Part shown: one piece after another, positions 18,869-28,660 of the stretch
Numbering within the stretch: the first letter of the stretch is position 1
Layout of the letters: each line of letters begins with the position of its first letter
Origin: Acutalibacteraceae bacterium
GTDB lineage: Bacteria; Bacillota; Clostridia; Oscillospirales; Acutalibacteraceae
Direction: 5' to 3'
DNA length: 64,000 nucleotides
NCBI GenBank assembly: GCA_045533475.1
Contig: JAZSHV010000034.1
Span: 4,703 to 68,702, forward strand
The notes under the pieces: model-generated
Seen by the model: the letters and a program-made list of their open reading frames with translations, nothing else
Databases searched by the model: none
What the model was told of the DNA's origin: nothing
Program-made: the position numbers and the translations under genes

Positions 18869-20536
18869 ATGCTTAACACAGAAAGACTTTGTATGGGCTG
18901 TATGAATGATAACGGAGGCGAAAAGATTTGTCCTATATGCGGCTACGAGAAGGGAACCGCTAACGGTGACTGTCTGCCCCCGAAGCTTATTATTAAGGAC
19001 CGCTATCTTGTGGGTAAGGTGCTTGGCATTAACGGTGCTGAAATTACCTACATAGGCTGGGATACCGCAAAGGATTCTATCATCAACATAAAGGAGTATT
19101 TTCCTGAGGGCTTTGCGCACCGTAACCCCGATAAAACCGTTTCCATAATCAAGGGCGGCGAGTATACCTTTAATGAAGGACTTATGGAGTTTGCCGAAAT
19201 CAACCGTGTGATAATGAACTCTGAGCTTCCCTCGTTGGTTGAGGTTAGCGATGTTTTTGAGGAGAACGGTACTGTATACGCAATAAGCGCGGCGGTTACA
19301 GGAATTACGCTTGAAAGATTTCTTGAAAAGAACGGCGGAATTTTAAAATGGGAGCAGGCAAGGGCATTGTTCTTACCTTTAATTGATACAATTAAGGGTA
19401 TGAATGATGTAGGCATAGTGCACAGAGCTATTTCTGCTAATACAATTATTGTGGGCAGAGACGGAAAGCTCAGAATCACAGGCTATAATATCAGAAAACT
19501 GCGTCTTACAGGCTCAGGTCTTGAAACCGAGCTCTTTTCAGGCTATGCAGCGGTTGAGCAGTACGGCTTTGAGGGTATGCACGACGATAATTATACCGAT
19601 GTTTACGGACTTAGCGCCACAATTTTCAGGGTGCTTATCGGCAATGTACCGCCTGAGGCTACCAACAGAATTCAGAGTGATGTAATGTCTATTCCCGCAA
19701 GGTTTGCAGAGGAGCTGCCGCGTCACGTTTTGGCAGCCTTGGCAAACGGTCTTCAGGTTTTACCTCAGGACAGAACAAAGGATATAGAAACCTTTAAAAA
19801 CGAGCTTGTATATGGCGAAATTCCCAATGCGGCGCCTGTTCGCAGAAATAAAAATGAAGCTAATGAGAAATCTGCTCCAAAGGAAAAGAAAAAGGGCGGC
19901 TCTGCAAAATATGCAGTGCTCTCTGCCGTTATTACCGCAGGCGTATTCCTTGTTTTGGCGACAGTGCTTGTTTTCGGAGTGTTTAAGGACGACATTTTCG
20001 GTAACAAGGCGGATGAAGATTTTTCTTCTGATATAAGCATTGACGCGCCTGTTGTTGAGTCTATTGGTACTGTGGACAGCGGTGCTGAGGTTACAGCAAA
20101 GCTCTATTCTGTTCCTGATTTTAAGGGCAAAAAATATGCTGAAATACTTGAAGACGAAGCATATGAAATGTTTGAATTTGAGCAAGCACAGACCAAAAAT
20201 TATTCTGATTTCCCCAAGGGAACCGTTTGCGCGCAGTCGGTTGCGGCTAAGACTGATGTTGTAAGGGATACAAAGATTGTGCTTACAATCAGTCTCGGAC
20301 CGAAAGAAATAAAAATAGCAAATGTTAAGGGAATGGACGAAATTAACGCTAAGTTGGAGCTTTTAAAGCAAGGCTTTATTTATGAAAATATTGAGGTTCT
20401 CGAAAAGTATGACGAGGAAAAGGACCCCGGTGTTGTACTTGAACAGGACCCAAAGCATAGTTCTAAGGTAAGCCCTGACGCGGCTGTGAAGATTTATATT
20501 AATTCCTATAAGGGCGAGGAAGAATCGGACAATTAG
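18869..20536 (+). CDS. Hanks-type kinase-like protein with N-terminal zinc ribbon, one TM segment and two PASTA-like repeats; catalytic motifs degenerate (predicted pseudokinase)
   Basis: GGAG Shine-Dalgarno before ATG 18869. Zinc ribbon CMGCMND..CPICGYE and TM YAVLSAVITAGVFLVLATVLVFGVF. HRAISANT replaces HRDxKxxN, and ITGY replaces DFG. Confidence 0.8.
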   Translation: MLNTERLCMGCMNDNGGEKICPICGYEKGTANGDCLPPKLIIKDRYLVGKVLGINGAEITYIGWDTAKDSIINIKEYFPEGFAHRNPDKTVSIIKGGEYTFNEGLMEFAEINRVIMNSELPSLVEVSDVFEENGTVYAISAAVTGITLERFLEKNGGILKWEQARALFLPLIDTIKGMNDVGIVHRAISANTIIVGRDGKLRITGYNIRKLRLTGSGLETELFSGYAAVEQYGFEGMHDDNYTDVYGLSATIFRVLIGNVPPEATNRIQSDVMSIPARFAEELPRHVLAALANGLQVLPQDRTKDIETFKNELVYGEIPNAAPVRRNKNEANEKSAPKEKKKGGSAKYAVLSAVITAGVFLVLATVLVFGVFKDDIFGNKADEDFSSDISIDAPVVESIGTVDSGAEVTAKLYSVPDFKGKKYAEILEDEAYEMFEFEQAQTKNYSDFPKGTVCAQSVAAKTDVVRDTKIVLTISLGPKEIKIANVKGMDEINAKLELLKQGFIYENIEVLEKYDEEKDPGVVLEQDPKHSSKVSPDAAVKIYINSYKGEEESDN

Positions 20537-20603
20537 AAAGATTCCTGAAATATTTAATATTTAAAAGTTAATTTTTTTAAAAAACATTTTTCTAAAATAA
20601 TAC

Positions 20604-20632
20604 TTGATTTTTATGGAATTAAGTGGTATAAT
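20604..20632 (+). promoter_or_regulatory. sigma-A-type promoter of the rimP-nusA-infB operon
   Basis: TTGATT (20604-20609), 17-nt spacer, TATAAT (20627-20632) with TGG immediately upstream (extended -10). Confidence 0.6.
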
Positions 20633-20653
20633 CTATGCATAGGCTAAAGAAAG

Positions 20654-20685
20654 GTGAGTGGGGAAAACCCGCTCACTTTTGTTTT
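20654..20685 (+). terminator. intrinsic terminator inside the rimP leader (candidate attenuator)
   Basis: 9-bp stem GTGAGTGGG / CCCGCTCAC (one G-U pair), loop GAAAA, followed by TTTTGTTTT. It lies between the promoter and ATG 20710. Confidence 0.55.
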
Positions 20686-20709
20686 GGAATTAAGAATGGA
20701 GATGAAGAA

Positions 20710-21162
20710 ATGGCAAATGCTGCCGAAAAGGTCTACGGTCTTATTAAGGAAACGGTAGAGGAATGCGGTGTGAGTCTTTGGGATGTCCGCTTTTTAAAGG
20801 AGGGCGCATCTTGGTATCTGAGGGTGTTTATAGATAAGCCTGAGGGTATTTCTATTGATGACTGCACAGAGGTTTCTCACGCAATCGACCCGATTATTGA
20901 TGAGGCGGACCCTATTGATGTTGCGTATTATCTTGAGGTGTGCTCACCGGGGATAGAAAGGGAGCTTAACCGACCTGAGCATTTTGCCGCTGTTAAGGGC
21001 GAAAAAATTAAGGTAAAGCTTTACAAGGCGATAGACGGTAAAAAGGAATTTACGGGTATCCTTGCTTCTGCTGACGGCGGTGTGGTTATAGATACCGAAA
21101 ACGGTCAGCTGACATTTGCTTTTAAGGACATTTCAAAAGCAAATCTTTGTGATTTTGAATAA
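20710..21162 (+). CDS. rimP: ribosome maturation factor RimP
   Basis: Sequence LRVFIDKPEGISIDDCTEVSHAI...LEVCSPGIERELNRP. Start set at ATG 20710 (GGAG upstream). Confidence 0.93.
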   Translation: MANAAEKVYGLIKETVEECGVSLWDVRFLKEGASWYLRVFIDKPEGISIDDCTEVSHAIDPIIDEADPIDVAYYLEVCSPGIERELNRPEHFAAVKGEKIKVKLYKAIDGKKEFTGILASADGGVVIDTENGQLTFAFKDISKANLCDFE

Positions 21163-21218
21163 TAAATTATGAATTGCAGAAAATCTGCTTTCTTTAAGTA
21201 TTGGAGGAATTTAAAAAA

Positions 21219-22304
21219 ATGGCTAAAGGTAAAAAGAGTGTGAAAAAGGGAATCGATAATTCAGAGTTTTTTGAGGCTTTGAGACTTATGGAGGAGGAAA
21301 GAGGTATTCCTCAGAAGTATATTGCCGATAAATTCGCAGAGGCAATTGTTGTTGCCGCCCGTAAGGATTACGGCGGAAGTGACATAGTTTCCTGTACAAT
21401 AGACCCTGAGAACAAGATTTTCTCGGTTGTTGCCCGCAAAACTATAGTTGATGAGGTTTATGACAGCTTTACAGAAATTTCTCGCGAGGACGCGGCGGCA
21501 ATTGACCCGAAGTCGATTGAACAGGGCTTTGTTGAAATTAAGCTTAACCCAAGAAAGTTCGGTCGTGTGGTTGCGCAGAACTCTAAAAACAATTTCCGTC
21601 AGGGTGTGCGTGAGGCTGAAAGAGGACAGACTCTTGCTGAGTTCCAGAGCTATAACCGCGAGCTTGTAACTGCTGTTGTTCAGAAGATTGACCCCAAGAC
21701 CGGAAACGCTATTCTCACAATCGGTCATAACGAGGCAACGCTTCCCAAGCTTGAGCAGGTTCCTGATGAGGTGCTTCGCGAGGGCGACCATATAAAGGTT
21801 TATGTTGTAGATGTTAAGGAAACCGAGAGAGGCGCTAAGATAATGCTTTCCCGTACGCATCCTGGACTTGTTAAGCGCTTGTTTGAAACTGAGGTTCCGG
21901 AAATATTTGACGGTACTATTGAGATTAAGTCGGTATCCCGTCAGGCAGGTTCAAGAACAAAGATTGCAGTTTGGTCTCCTGACCCTGAAATTGATGCTGT
22001 CGGCGCTTGTATCGGTCCTAAGGGCGCTCGTGTAAACACGATAGTTGAAGAGCTTGCAGGCGAAAAGATTGATATTGTTAAATATAGTGAAAATCCTGTA
22101 GAGTTTATTTCAGAGGCATTGTCCCCCGCTAAGGTTGTTTCGGTTGAAATCCAAAGTGAGGACCCCAAGGTTTGCAAGGCAAGTGTTCCTGAGGCACAGC
22201 TCTCCTTGGCTATAGGTAATAAGGGACAGAATGTTCGCCTTGCCGCTAAGCTTACGGGTTGGAAGATTGATATTCATCCCGAAAGCGGCTTCTTCGGTGA
22301 GTAA
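21219..22304 (+). CDS. nusA: transcription termination/antitermination factor NusA
   Basis: S1 and two KH domains (ACIGPKGARV, AIGNKGQNVRLAAKLTGWKIDI). ATG 21219 follows GGAGG. Confidence 0.96.
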   Translation: MAKGKKSVKKGIDNSEFFEALRLMEEERGIPQKYIADKFAEAIVVAARKDYGGSDIVSCTIDPENKIFSVVARKTIVDEVYDSFTEISREDAAAIDPKSIEQGFVEIKLNPRKFGRVVAQNSKNNFRQGVREAERGQTLAEFQSYNRELVTAVVQKIDPKTGNAILTIGHNEATLPKLEQVPDEVLREGDHIKVYVVDVKETERGAKIMLSRTHPGLVKRLFETEVPEIFDGTIEIKSVSRQAGSRTKIAVWSPDPEIDAVGACIGPKGARVNTIVEELAGEKIDIVKYSENPVEFISEALSPAKVVSVEIQSEDPKVCKASVPEAQLSLAIGNKGQNVRLAAKLTGWKIDIHPESGFFGE

Positions 22305-22325
22305 TTACCTGTAGGGAGTAGGATT

Positions 22326-22598
22326 ATGGCAGTAAAAAAGGTGCCTATGCGTATGTGTACGGGCTGTAGAGAAATGAAGCCTAAAAAAGAGCTTATAAGG
22401 GTGGTTAAGACTACTGAGGGCGATATAAGGCTTGATGCTACAGGCAAGCTTAACGGCAGAGGAGCTTACATTTGTAAGAGTTCCGAGTGTCTTGCAAGGG
22501 CAGAAAAGTCAAATGCGTTTTCAAGAGCCTTTGAGACTAAGGTTGACGGCGAAATATACCGTCGTTTAGAGGAGGAGCTTAAAGGCATTGAGGAATAA
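22326..22598 (+). CDS. ylxR: YlxR/RnpM family RNA-binding protein (DUF448)
   Basis: Sequence RMCTGCREMKPKKELIRVV...GRGAYIC, plus the conserved position after nusA. Confidence 0.9.
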   Translation: MAVKKVPMRMCTGCREMKPKKELIRVVKTTEGDIRLDATGKLNGRGAYICKSSECLARAEKSNAFSRAFETKVDGEIYRRLEEELKGIEE

Positions 22599-22917
22599 AA
22601 TAATTTCTCTTTTAGGATTTGCGGCAAAGGCAGGTAAATTAGGCTTTGGCTTTGAGGCTTCGGTTACAAGCCTTAAGGCAAGAAAAGCCAAACTCGTGAT
22701 AACTGCTTGCGATATTTCTCCTAAAAGCTCAAAGGAAATAAGCTTTTTTGCAACAAAAAGCAATATTGCACATATAACGCTAAAGGATATTGATATAAAA
22801 GCCGTGTCGGACGCTGTCGGCCGTAAATGCGGTATTATTTCTGTAAACGACAGTGGCTTTGCCGACTCAATTTTGGCGGCATACAAGCAGGATGACCAAG
22901 ACTCATCCGATAAGTAA
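22588..22917 (+). CDS. ylxQ: L7Ae/L30e-family RNA-binding protein YlxQ
   Basis: Sequence [12 protein letters not shown] and the conserved position before infB. TTG start preceded by GGAGGAG. Confidence 0.85.
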   Translation: MRNKIISLLGFAAKAGKLGFGFEASVTSLKARKAKLVITACDISPKSSKEISFFATKSNIAHITLKDIDIKAVSDAVGRKCGIISVNDSGFADSILAAYKQDDQDSSDK

Positions 22918-22931
22918 GGAGGAATTGCTTA

Positions 22932-25526
22932 ATGACCAATAAATATAAAATTAGTGACCTTGCAAAGGACCTTAATATGAAATCTAAGGACCTTATTACA
23001 CTCATTACCGAGGCTATCGGTGTAGAAAAGAAATCAGGAGCTTCTCTTAATGAGGAGGAGATAGGCGCAGTATTCAGCCATATTACTGCTGTGAATTCAG
23101 TAAAGAGCTTTGATGCGTATTTTACTACTGGTGCAGAATCCCGCGAAAAGGCAAAAAAGGCAAGAGAAGAAGAAAAGAACAAGAAGCTTGCTGAGCAAAT
23201 GGCTATTCTTGAGCAGCTAAAGGCTGCCGCTGCTGAGCAAAGCGGCGAGAAGGCACCTGAAAAGAAGGCTAAAGAGACTGTCGCAAAGGAAGAAAAGCCT
23301 GCTGAGAAGAAGGCGGAGCCTAAAAAGACGGCTAAAAAGGAAGAAAGCAAGCCTGAAGCTAAGAAGGAAACAAAGAAGACTGAGTCTAAAAAAGAGGAAA
23401 CCAAAAAGGCGGAAAAGAAGTCTGAGAAGAAGACCGAGGCTAAGCCTGAGGTTAAACCTGAGGCTGAGAAGAAGGAACACAAGCCTTCTGACCCGAAGCC
23501 CTTTACATCTCAGAAAAAGGACAAAAAGCCGGGAGCTGCGCCTAACCGCGGTCCTGCTGAAATCCGTCATGTCGATACAAGAACATCAAATGTAAATATC
23601 GACAAATACAACGAGAAATATGAGAGCATTGCGCCTGCTAACTCTATGAAGGATAACTATTCAAGAAAGCAGAAGATTAAGCAAAAGTCTCAGGATTACC
23701 GCCGTCCTCAGGGTGCAAAGAGAGAGACTGAGGCTGACAAGATGCGCCGTATGCAGCTTGAGCGCATTAAGAAGACTCCAATCACCGTAACCGTTGGCGA
23801 TGAAATTACTGTAGGCGAGCTTGCAGCAGCGCTTAAGAAGACTGCGGCTGAGGTTATAAAGGAGCTTCTTAAGCTTGGAATGATGGCTTCGGTTAATCAG
23901 GTTATTGATTACGATACAGCCGAAATTCTTGTAACCGAAATGGGCGCAAAAATCGAAAGACAGGTTGTTGTAACAATTGAAGAACAGATTATGGACGATA
24001 CCGAGGATAACGCAGATAACCTTAAGCCGAGAAGTCCTGTTGTAGTTGTAATGGGCCACGTTGACCACGGTAAGACTTCATTGCTTGATGCAATCAGAGA
24101 TACCGCTGTTACAGATACAGAGGCAGGCGGTATTACCCAGCACATTGGTGCTTATAGAGTAAACTGTAATGGTAATGATATTACATTCCTTGATACTCCC
24201 GGTCACGCTGCGTTTACCTCTATGCGTCAGCGCGGTGCAATGGCTACAGATATTGCTGTTCTTGTGGTTGCCGCTGATGACGGTATTATGCCGCAGACCA
24301 TTGAGGCTATAAATCACGCTAAAGCGGCAAAGGTACAGATAATTGTTGCTATAAATAAAATGGATAAGCCTGAGGCTAATCCTGACAGAATTATGCAACA
24401 GCTCACCGAGCACGAGCTTGTTCCTGAGGAGTGGGGCGGTGACATTATCTGTGTTCCCGTATCTGCAAAGACTCATATGGGTATAGATAATCTGCTTGAG
24501 AATATTCTGCTTGTTGCTGAAATGATGGAGCTTAAGGCTAATCCTGACAGACGTGCAAAGGGTATTGTTATAGAAGCCCGTCTTGATAAGGGACGCGGTC
24601 CTGTGGCATCGCTTCTCGTACAGAACGGAACCCTTAATTCGGGCGATATAATCGTTGCAGGCACCTCTGTTGGCAGAGTTCGTGTAATGACCAACGAAAA
24701 CGGTGTAGAGGTTAAGGTAGCAGGTCCGTCTGTGCCTGTTGAGATTACAGGTCTTGCAGAGACTCCCAATGCAGGTGATGTATTTGATGCGGTTTCGGAT
24801 GAGCGTCTTGCACGTCAGCTTGTAGAGCAGAGAAAGCAGAAGATTAAGGAAGAAATATTTAACGCTAAGCAAAAGGTTACACTTGATAATCTATTCCAGA
24901 ACCTCAGCGAAGGTGAGCTTAAAGAGCTTAACATCATTGTTAAGGCTGACGTTCAGGGTAGCGTTGAGGCTGTACGCGAAAACCTTGTTAAGCTTTCTAA
25001 CGATGAGGTAAGAGTAAGTGTTATTCACGGCGGTGTTGGTGCTGTTAATGAGTCTGATGTTATGCTTGCGCAGACCTCTAATGCGATAATTGTTGGTTTT
25101 AATGTTCGTCCCGATGCAGTGGCTCAGGCGGCAGCAGAGCGCGACGGTGTTGATATGCGTATGTACCGCGTAATTTACGACTGTATTGAAGAAATTGAAG
25201 CCGCTATGAAGGGTATGTTAGCACCTAAGTTCCGCGAAAATATTCTTGGTACGGTTGAGGTTCGTAATGTATATAAGATTTCTAATGTAGGTACGGTTGC
25301 AGGAAGCTATGTTACTAACGGTAAGGTTACAAGAAACTGTCAGATAAGAGTTGTCCGCGAGGGTATTGTAATCTATGAAGATAAGATAGACTCATTGCGC
25401 CGTTTCAAGGATGATGTCAAGGAAGTAGCTCAAGGCTATGAGTGCGGTATCAGTCTTGAAAAGTTTGCAGATATTAAGGAAGGCGATATTTTTGAAGCCT
25501 TCATTATGGAGGAGTACAGAGATTAA
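22932..25526 (+). CDS. infB: translation initiation factor IF-2
   Basis: K/E/A-rich N-terminal linker. G-domain motifs [20 protein letters not shown] and NKMD. Confidence 0.98.
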   Translation: MTNKYKISDLAKDLNMKSKDLITLITEAIGVEKKSGASLNEEEIGAVFSHITAVNSVKSFDAYFTTGAESREKAKKAREEEKNKKLAEQMAILEQLKAAAAEQSGEKAPEKKAKETVAKEEKPAEKKAEPKKTAKKEESKPEAKKETKKTESKKEETKKAEKKSEKKTEAKPEVKPEAEKKEHKPSDPKPFTSQKKDKKPGAAPNRGPAEIRHVDTRTSNVNIDKYNEKYESIAPANSMKDNYSRKQKIKQKSQDYRRPQGAKRETEADKMRRMQLERIKKTPITVTVGDEITVGELAAALKKTAAEVIKELLKLGMMASVNQVIDYDTAEILVTEMGAKIERQVVVTIEEQIMDDTEDNADNLKPRSPVVVVMGHVDHGKTSLLDAIRDTAVTDTEAGGITQHIGAYRVNCNGNDITFLDTPGHAAFTSMRQRGAMATDIAVLVVAADDGIMPQTIEAINHAKAAKVQIIVAINKMDKPEANPDRIMQQLTEHELVPEEWGGDIICVPVSAKTHMGIDNLLENILLVAEMMELKANPDRRAKGIVIEARLDKGRGPVASLLVQNGTLNSGDIIVAGTSVGRVRVMTNENGVEVKVAGPSVPVEITGLAETPNAGDVFDAVSDERLARQLVEQRKQKIKEEIFNAKQKVTLDNLFQNLSEGELKELNIIVKADVQGSVEAVRENLVKLSNDEVRVSVIHGGVGAVNESDVMLAQTSNAIIVGFNVRPDAVAQAAAERDGVDMRMYRVIYDCIEEIEAAMKGMLAPKFRENILGTVEVRNVYKISNVGTVAGSYVTNGKVTRNCQIRVVREGIVIYEDKIDSLRRFKDDVKEVAQGYECGISLEKFADIKEGDIFEAFIMEEYRD

Positions 25527-25912
25527 TGGCAGGATTTAAAATCGGTCGGGTTACCTCTGATATAAGAATAACACTGTCTGAGCTGCTTCGCGAGGTGAAG
25601 GACCCTCGCGTAAGCAAGTTGCTCAGCATCGTAAAAGTAGATGTTTCGGGCGACCTTTCGTATGCTACGGTATATGTCAGTGCTATTGAGGGCTTTGAGG
25701 CTACGGTTAGCTCTGTAAAGGCACTTAAAGGAGCCGCCGGCTATCTAAGGCGTGAGCTTGGTGCTCGTCTTAAGCTTCGTAAGGTGCCTGAGCTTCGATT
25801 TGTTGCAGATGATTCTATTGAACAGAGTGCCAATATTTCAAAAATAATTGAATCATTCGGAGAGGGTCAAAACGAAGCCTCTCCTGAAAAGGAAAATGTA
25901 AATGAAGAGTAA
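25526..25912 (+). CDS. rbfA: 30S ribosome-binding factor RbfA
   Basis: Sequence R..RVTSDIRITLSELLREVKDPRV and position after infB. Confidence 0.93.
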   Translation: MAGFKIGRVTSDIRITLSELLREVKDPRVSKLLSIVKVDVSGDLSYATVYVSAIEGFEATVSSVKALKGAAGYLRRELGARLKLRKVPELRFVADDSIEQSANISKIIESFGEGQNEASPEKENVNEE

Positions 25913-26906
25913 TATGAAAAACGGATGCAGGCTTGTTAATTTAAGACAGACGGCAGCCTTTCTCAAAAAGCATAATAATTATGTTATACTAACTCACGCG
26001 TCGCCTGACGGTGATACATTAGGCTCGGCATATGCGCTTTATTATGCTCTTAATGAAATTGGTAAGGTTGCCTGCGTTGCATGTCCTGATGTTATTCCTA
26101 AGAAATATGATTACTTTGTAGGTAAAAGCGACCACATAAAGCGCGAAAACAGTACGGTTATTGCGGTTGATGTTGCAGATGTGCGATTGCTTGGCTCTCT
26201 TTCTGAGGAGTTTGGTGATAAGGTAGACCTGTGTATAGACCATCATATTTCGAATACACATTTTGCGAAAAATCTGTATCTTGATTCCTCGGCTTCTGCT
26301 ACAGCAGAGTGTATATATGAGCTTATTGTAAAAATGAAGGTAAATATAAACGATGTTACCGCTAAAGCTCTTTATACAGGTCTTGCTACCGATACAGGCT
26401 GTTTTAAGTATTCGAATGTTACCGCTAAAACCCATATTATTGCGGCAAAGCTCTATGAATTTGATATCGATGCGGCTGAAATTAACCGTCTTATGTTTGA
26501 TACTAAGTCGAAAAATCTTATGGAGCTTGAGAAAATGGTGCTATCCCAGGCAGAATTCCATTTTGATGATAAATGCTTCCTCTTGCCTGTTACTGCCGAA
26601 ATGCAAGCAAAAACCGGATGTAGCGGTACCGACCTTGAGGGTATTGCGGTAATTTCTCGCAGTATTGCAGGAATTAAGGCAGGCGTAACAATAAAGCAGA
26701 ACGGTCAAGAAGAATTTAAGGTTTCGCTTAGAACCTATCCGCCACTTAATGCAAGTGAAATTTGCAAAAAATTAGGCGGGGGAGGGCATACTGCCGCCGC
26801 AGGAGCAACAGTAAGCGGAAATCTTGAACAGGTAAAGGAAAAGGTGCTTGAGGCAGTAAGTTCTGCTTTGGAGGAAGAAAATGCAGGGACTGCTACTGAT
26901 AAATAA
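25902..26906 (+). CDS. nrnA: DHH/DHHA1 phosphoesterase (NrnA-type oligoribonuclease / pAp phosphatase)
   Basis: Motifs HASPDGDTLGS, DHH and GGGGH. Confidence 0.88.
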   Translation: MKSNMKNGCRLVNLRQTAAFLKKHNNYVILTHASPDGDTLGSAYALYYALNEIGKVACVACPDVIPKKYDYFVGKSDHIKRENSTVIAVDVADVRLLGSLSEEFGDKVDLCIDHHISNTHFAKNLYLDSSASATAECIYELIVKMKVNINDVTAKALYTGLATDTGCFKYSNVTAKTHIIAAKLYEFDIDAAEINRLMFDTKSKNLMELEKMVLSQAEFHFDDKCFLLPVTAEMQAKTGCSGTDLEGIAVISRSIAGIKAGVTIKQNGQEEFKVSLRTYPPLNASEICKKLGGGGHTAAAGATVSGNLEQVKEKVLEAVSSALEEENAGTATDK

Positions 26907-27777
26907 GCCTGAGGGAATGACCTCGTTTTCGGTTGTTTCTCGCGTTAAACGCTTTGCAAACGAGAAAAGGGTAGGTCATACGGGAACACTCGACCCTATG
27001 GCAACGGGGGTTTTGCTCGTTCTTTTAGGTAAGGCAACTGCACTTTCAAGCCTTGTTCTTGATTCCGATAAGCGTTATATTGCTAAAATAAAGCTTGGTG
27101 TTAAAACCGATACGGACGATATTACGGGTGAGATTATCTCAGAAAAAGCAGTTTCGGTTACTAATGAGCAGCTTTTCGATGCGCTTGAGCATTTTAAGGG
27201 CGCTATAGAGCAAACACCGCCCATTTACAGTGCGATTAAAAAGGACGGTGTACGGCTTTATAAGCTTGCAAGAGAGGGTAAATCGGCTGAGATTCCGTCG
27301 CGTACAGTAGAAATACACGATATTAAGCTTTTGAGTCCGCTTAACGGTGAAAACGAATTTGAGATTGACACCTATGTTTCAAAAGGCACATATATTAGGT
27401 CTTTAGCTCGGGATATTGGCGAATATCTCGGTTGTGGTGCTACACTCTCAGCACTTCAAAGGACATATGCAGGCGGTTTCGATATTTCTCAGTGTGTTGA
27501 GCTTTCTGACATTGAAGCTAATGGAGTGGGAAAATATATCTTAAATGAGGAGCTTGCGGTGAGTCATTTAAGGGAGCTTAGGGTTTCTCAAAAGCAGGCG
27601 GTAAGATTTTGTAACGGCGGTCAGTTAGGATTTGACCGTTTAAAGGTTAAGGAATTTTCTGATGGCGAGCTTTTCAGAATAAAGCTTGAGGATAGGCTTC
27701 TCGGCGTAGGCTTTGCAAATCTTGAAAAGCAAGAAATCGGTATAAAATGTGTAATAGCTGACCGGGGCGAACTTTAA
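26881..27777 (+). CDS. truB: tRNA pseudouridine(55) synthase TruB
   Basis: Sequence GLLLINKPEGMTSF...GHTGTLDPMATGVL. Confidence 0.96.
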   Translation: MQGLLLINKPEGMTSFSVVSRVKRFANEKRVGHTGTLDPMATGVLLVLLGKATALSSLVLDSDKRYIAKIKLGVKTDTDDITGEIISEKAVSVTNEQLFDALEHFKGAIEQTPPIYSAIKKDGVRLYKLAREGKSAEIPSRTVEIHDIKLLSPLNGENEFEIDTYVSKGTYIRSLARDIGEYLGCGATLSALQRTYAGGFDISQCVELSDIEANGVGKYILNEELAVSHLRELRVSQKQAVRFCNGGQLGFDRLKVKEFSDGELFRIKLEDRLLGVGFANLEKQEIGIKCVIADRGEL

Positions 27778-27793
27778 TATAGGAGGCGGAACT

Positions 27794-28627
27794 ATGAAAA
27801 ATGCTATAGCCTTAGGCACATTTGACGGTGTGCATATAGGTCATAGAGAGGTGCTCAATATAACGGGTGATTTTCGTAGGGTTGCGGTCACCTTTAGGAT
27901 TCCGCCAAAGGCTATAATTTCAGGCGAAAAACAGCTTATTATGTCCTGCGAGGATAAGTGTAAACAACTTACAGAGCTCGGTATGGATGAGGTTTTCTTA
28001 CTTGATTTCAATGAGGTAAGAGAAATGTCTGCGGCTGATTTTTTAAATTTGCTTTTTAAAAAATTTAATCCGAGCATTATTTCTTGCGGCTTTAATTACC
28101 GATTTGGTAAAAACGGTGAAGGTGATATTAATACCTTAAGCGAGTTTTGTGTGAAGAACGGTATAAAATTTCGTTGTTGCGAGCCAGTGAGTTATAATGG
28201 TATTCCAATATCTTCCACATATATCAGAGGCCTTTTGGCTGACGGTGAAATTGAGCAAGCTAACCATTTGCTGAACCGCCCGTTTTCGTATACATCTAAA
28301 GTAATAGACGGTGACCGCAGGGGTAGAACTATAGGATTTCCTACCGCTAATCAAAAATATCCGGAAGAATTGGTACGGCTGAGGTTTGGTGTTTATAAAA
28401 CAATTGTAACGGTGGACGGTACACAGTACGAGGGGATAACCGATATTGGAATCCGACCAACATTTAAGAGCGATTATGTAATAAGCGAAACATATATAAA
28501 GAATTTTTCTTCTGATATTTACGTGAAAGAAATAACAATTACTCCTGTAAAATTTTTACGGGATGAAAAAAGATTTTCTTCTTTAGAGGAACTTAAAAAA
28601 CAAATTCGAGAAGATATAACAAAATAA
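27794..28627 (+). CDS. ribF: bifunctional riboflavin kinase / FAD synthetase
   Basis: Sequence GTFDGVHIGH, kinase-half motif GFPTAN, and C-terminal FLRDEKRFSSLEELKKQI. Confidence 0.92.
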   Translation: MKNAIALGTFDGVHIGHREVLNITGDFRRVAVTFRIPPKAIISGEKQLIMSCEDKCKQLTELGMDEVFLLDFNEVREMSAADFLNLLFKKFNPSIISCGFNYRFGKNGEGDINTLSEFCVKNGIKFRCCEPVSYNGIPISSTYIRGLLADGEIEQANHLLNRPFSYTSKVIDGDRRGRTIGFPTANQKYPEELVRLRFGVYKTIVTVDGTQYEGITDIGIRPTFKSDYVISETYIKNFSSDIYVKEITITPVKFLRDEKRFSSLEELKKQIREDITK

Positions 28628-28660
28628 ATTATGAGCTTAAATAGTATAAGGAGATAGGAA

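Noticed and set aside
22835-23570. Long antisense ORFs (215 aa and 117 aa) and repetitive K/E/A/P-coding sequence in the 5-prime part of infB; considered as a tandem-repeat or hidden gene.
   Set aside because: The repeats encode the usual low-complexity Lys/Glu-rich IF-2 N-terminal linker. The antisense ORFs translate to S/F/L-rich nonsense typical of the complement of AAG/GAA-rich coding sequence.
24078-24872. 264-aa minus-strand ORF inside infB.
   Set aside because: It is entirely antisense to a highly conserved GTPase gene, its composition is Cys/Asn/Arg-rich and unprotein-like, and it has no Shine-Dalgarno.
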